Shown in pieces: positions 61,901-64,000 of a stretch of 64,000 bases of DNA (within the stretch, counting starts at the first letter, position 1; each line of letters starts with the position of its first letter). This DNA is from Eledone cirrhosa (Eukaryota). The DNA lies in NCBI GenBank assembly GCA_964016885.1, contig OZ024743.1, positions 125,674,001-125,738,000 on the forward strand, written 5' to 3'. The notes below the pieces were generated by a model that did no database searches, was not told where the DNA came from, and saw nothing but the letters and a program-made list of their open reading frames with translations. Made by a program: the position numbers and the translations under genes.

Positions 61901-63381
61901 CACTTCAAAATAGGCTATTTTGTATAATAGAATCAGGGATCATCTCAGATGGGTTGGTATTATACATGAGAAAAATCATGCATATAAAATTGATATTTAA
62001 TTTTGAGAAAATGGATGTTAAGTGGTGATGAAGACCTTTAATGAATGTCAACACATTCATCATCATATCACCATATTATGCCTGTTTTCCATGTTGGCAT
62101 GGGCTATATGAGTTGTCATACTCTGAGACTAGACAGGTTAGATGACCACGTTTTGCATATATGTTCCATTTTGTCATGGCTATTACACAATGAATATGAT
62201 ATTTAGCTTTAAAAACTTTAATCAACATATTTCAATGATGTGTGAGAGCATATTTCTGAGATAGATGATGCTATGAATAAGAGGAAAACATGATATTACT
62301 ACAATATTATAGGCAGAATTGTTAGAACATACAACAAAATGCCTAGCAGTACTTGTTCCAGCTCTCTATGCTTTGAGCTCAAATCCTGTCATGGTCAACT
62401 CTACCTTTTATCTTTTTGAGGTTCAGTTCAGGCAGTGGGTTAGCAGAATAATTAGAACATTGAATGAGATGTCTTGTGGTATTTCCCATGTTTTTGTGTT
62501 CTGAGTTCAAATCCTGCTGTGGCCTCCTTGAACGGAAGTCTTAGTCACCCAGTTTAACAACACCAGCAGGTACTCGGGTGCCTTTAGCTGTGTCCACACT
62601 ATGGCAAGCATTTAAATCAGACCTTTAGTTTGAGGATACCTACTTCAAGTCTCAGAGGTCTTGAAAAGGATCCTTCTGTCTCTGACTAAACAGTAAAAAA
62701 AAAAAAAAAAGCATCTAAACAGAATAATAAAAGTTGATTTTTCTATTACACAAATAGACACTTTGGAAACTACAATTTAAAACTCCTGAAACGTAGGGCA
62801 GGGCTGACTGGTGATATGCCATAGTACAAAAGACCCATCCACCTGTACAAGCACTGCAACACAAAAAGTAAAAATGCATGTGTTGAGTGACTGGAGTCTA
62901 CAGTGTTGGTGATCAAACAGAGACAATATAAGGTTTGAAAGAGGACTCTTCAGTCCAGACAAACATGTGACAACCTCTCTAGTGTTGGTGCCACAATAAA
63001 ATATACCTGGTACATTCTGTAAAGTAATAGTGATGACGTTATAAAAAAATACACCCTGTAAGATGATTGGCATTTGGAAAGGCGTCCAGCCATAGAAACT
63101 ATACCAAATATGGAACATATGAGCAAGATGAAGTTGCTCTAACCCATCTGGTCTTAGACCATGACAACTTATCCAACGCATACTAGTGTGAAAAGCAGGT
63201 ATAAAATGATGATGATAATGTTAATGAGGCCTTTATGAATAAAAACTTACCCGTTGAGGATTATATAGGCTGCTTTCTGCAATATCTACTTTGGTTAACA
63301 CAAAAATGGTACGTTTGCCATTTGGGTCCATCTGGCTGACGAGATCAGTTACATTACTTCGTTCAGCATCAAGAGAACCAT
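31845..63381 (-). CDS. OPA1: OPA1 dynamin-like GTPase, 3' part (16 exons; 5' exons outside window): join of 63251-63381, 61268-61340, 60102-60174, 57825-57940, 56704-56768, 55660-55736, 54035-54127, 52633-52705, 51514-51669, 49075-49183, 48039-48166, 47146-47232, 46393-46509, 35293-35386, 33160-33270, 31845-31909
   Basis: Manual translation of the minus strand gives a continuous frame through GT-AG junctions. It matches remembered human OPA1 from DGSVDAERS..TKVD (G4 motif) to the C-terminus (..[16 protein letters not shown]). Confidence 0.97.
33160..33270 (-). CDS. OPA1: OPA1 exon, GED region ([37 protein letters not shown])
   Basis: tag/gtaag, 111 nt. Confidence 0.96.
35293..35386 (-). CDS. 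OPA1: OPA1 exon ([31 protein letters not shown])
   Basis: cag/gtagg, 94 nt. Confidence 0.96.
36490..36895. repeat. Minisatellite of ~30-bp subunits in ~60-bp higher-order repeats
   Basis: Recurring atgacag(a)ggtccaacatt(a/g)tgacc and tccaatgctgtgactata. Confidence 0.8.
38340..42808 (+). pseudogene. Helitron Rep-helicase (HUH endonuclease plus PIF1-family helicase), multiple stops and frameshifts
   Basis: [45 protein letters not shown] (HUH), [19 protein letters not shown] (Walker A), [33 protein letters not shown]. Confidence 0.93.
43565..43904 (+). mobile_element. Small non-autonomous Helitron nested in the composite element
   Basis: A|TCTACATATAATATAAAA ... cctgggcgaagctggg hairpin then CTAG|T. 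Confidence 0.7.
44682..45878 (-). mobile_element. Decayed mariner (DD34D-type) transposon, ~1.2 kb
   Basis: [46 protein letters not shown] and [15 protein letters not shown] (YSPDLAP-like); inverted repeats tatgtt(c/t)aataagtaatgagaaaat at 44689 and ending at 45871. Confidence 0.88.
46393..46509 (-). CDS. OPA1: OPA1 exon ([39 protein letters not shown])
   Basis: tag/gtaaa, 117 nt. Confidence 0.96.
46606..46860 (+). mobile_element. TTAA-flanked piggyBac-like MITE, second family (degenerate copies ~16630-16792, 47712-47970, 58292-58570, 60660-60823)
   Basis: ttaaccctttt ... aaaagggttaa. Confidence 0.7.
46880..47110 (+). mobile_element. RTE-3'UTR-derived repeat (two modules plus terminal module)
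   Basis: gtggtcgtg..cacgat/catgac..aaaa..cacc modules, then taggaagggcatccagcc. Confidence 0.8.
47146..47232 (-). CDS. OPA1: OPA1 exon ([29 protein letters not shown])
   Basis: tag/gtatg, 87 nt. Confidence 0.93.
48039..48166 (-). CDS. OPA1: OPA1 exon ([43 protein letters not shown])
   Basis: aag acceptor, gtaag donor, 128 nt; GP...W..WK motif. Confidence 0.9.
49075..49183 (-). CDS. OPA1: OPA1 exon ([36 protein letters not shown])
   Basis: cag/gtttg, 109 nt; lies within ORF 48941-49180. Confidence 0.93.
49430..50010 (+). mobile_element. Decayed, internally deleted RTE LINE fragment
   Basis: [22 protein letters not shown]...[11 protein letters not shown] joined directly to KRNEASIL. Confidence 0.8.
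50566..51474 (+). mobile_element. Non-autonomous Helitron (same family as 24072-29294)
   Basis: A|TCTATATATATAAAACTGA; cccgtgcaacgctggg then CTAG|T; internal repeats cctagg..ccgcattaggtgaaaa. Confidence 0.82.
51514..51669 (-). CDS. OPA1: OPA1 exon ([52 protein letters not shown])
   Basis: tag/gtagg, 156 nt. Confidence 0.95.
52633..52705 (-). CDS. OPA1: OPA1 exon ([24 protein letters not shown])
   Basis: tag/gtaaa, 73 nt. Confidence 0.94.
53812..54012. mobile_element. hAT (Charlie-like) MITE with 8-bp TSD
   Basis: TIR caatggttaccaa / ttgggaaccactg; TSD ctgtggtg (53804-53811) and ctgtgttg (54013-54020). Confidence 0.72.
54035..54127 (-). CDS. OPA1: OPA1 exon ([31 protein letters not shown])
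   Basis: tag/gtaag, 93 nt, ENIYLPAAQ motif. Confidence 0.94.
54563..55230 (-). mobile_element. RTE-3'UTR-derived repeat
   Basis: (atc)n tail, cacgctagcatggg and pseudoknot-like modules on the minus strand. Confidence 0.7.
55660..55736 (-). CDS. OPA1: OPA1 exon ([26 protein letters not shown])
   Basis: tag/gtaag, 77 nt. Confidence 0.96.
56704..56768 (-). CDS. OPA1: OPA1 exon ([22 protein letters not shown])
   Basis: cag/gtaag, 65 nt. Confidence 0.96.
57825..57940 (-). CDS. OPA1: OPA1 exon ([38 protein letters not shown])
   Basis: cag/gtgag, 116 nt; lies within ORF 57709-57981. Confidence 0.96.
60102..60174 (-). CDS. OPA1: OPA1 exon ([25 protein letters not shown])
   Basis: cag/gtaag, 73 nt, phase-compatible. 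Confidence 0.95.
61268..61340 (-). CDS. OPA1: OPA1 exon ([24 protein letters not shown])
   Basis: tag/gtaag, 73 nt, near identical to human peptide. Confidence 0.96.
62790..63220 (+). mobile_element. RTE-3'UTR-derived repeat next to an OPA1 donor
   Basis: ggtgccacaataaa, ggcgtccagccatagaaac, (gat)n tail. Confidence 0.7.
63251..63381 (-). CDS. OPA1: OPA1 exon, GTPase G4 region ([44 protein letters not shown])
   Basis: cag acceptor, gtaag donor, 131 nt, contains TKVD. Confidence 0.96.
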
Positions 63382-64000
63382 CTGTTAAGGAAGAAAGAAT
63401 GAAATGAATTCAATAATGGCAGCAAATTGTCATTAGGACATTCAATTAAATGCCTCGGTATTTGTTCTAGCTCACTGCATTCGGTGTTCAAATCTTATAA
63501 AGTTCAACTTTGCCTGTCATCCTTTCAAGATTGATACATGAAATACCAGTCCAAGGAGCAGTGGAGTGGTGGAATTGTCAAAGAAATAGACAGGATGCTT
63601 TGAAGTATCAGAACCAGTTCTGTGCATTCTGAGCTCAAATACTGCTTTCTTCTGTCAGGAGTTGCAACTGGCAGATAGTATCAGCAATGGATAAACTATT
63701 AGAAGCATTATTTCCTTGGTTTGATCTGATGATTAGCTCTTTTTTTCTTCCTTAAGTAGACATATCATAATTGTCTTGGGTTAGGGTTAAAATTAAATTA
63801 AACAAATCTGGTTTAACAATGGTGGAAGTCATCTGTGGGGTAACTTTAATGTTACTTTAGTGTTCATGGCTCTTACATAAAAAAATTCTATTATTCCTTA
63901 AAAATCAATAATTAGATTGACCCAAGATTTCTTCATGAGTTTTCCATTATTGATACTATCTGTTGGTCACAAATTCTGGTAGAAGCGTCACGACTTTTCC

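Overview
AT-rich, repeat-dense animal genomic DNA. It is probably a cephalopod (octopus-like), inferred only from the SINE/RTE/R4 repertoire. The right half (31845-63381, minus strand) holds the last 16 coding exons of OPA1 (mitochondrial dynamin-like GTPase). All introns are GT-AG and the exons splice in frame (1568 nt, ending ...FIQALNKEK*); the 5' exons lie beyond the window. I found no host gene in 1-31 kb. The rest is transposable elements: two tandem R4/Dong-type RLE LINE copies ending in (CATA)n; an RTE LINE with a PHD finger inside its RT, nested in a non-autonomous Helitron; a decayed composite RepHel Helitron inside a TA-flanked TIR MITE in the 11-kb OPA1 intron; a decayed mariner; further small Helitrons, TTAA and hAT MITEs, and many tRNA-derived SINEs. 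The most striking unexplained signal is in the RTE 3'UTR and its many non-autonomous derivatives. They are built from variable-number tandem ~45-50 nt modules, each able to fold as a small hairpin plus an H-type pseudoknot with an A-rich loop, with compensatory changes visible between copies.
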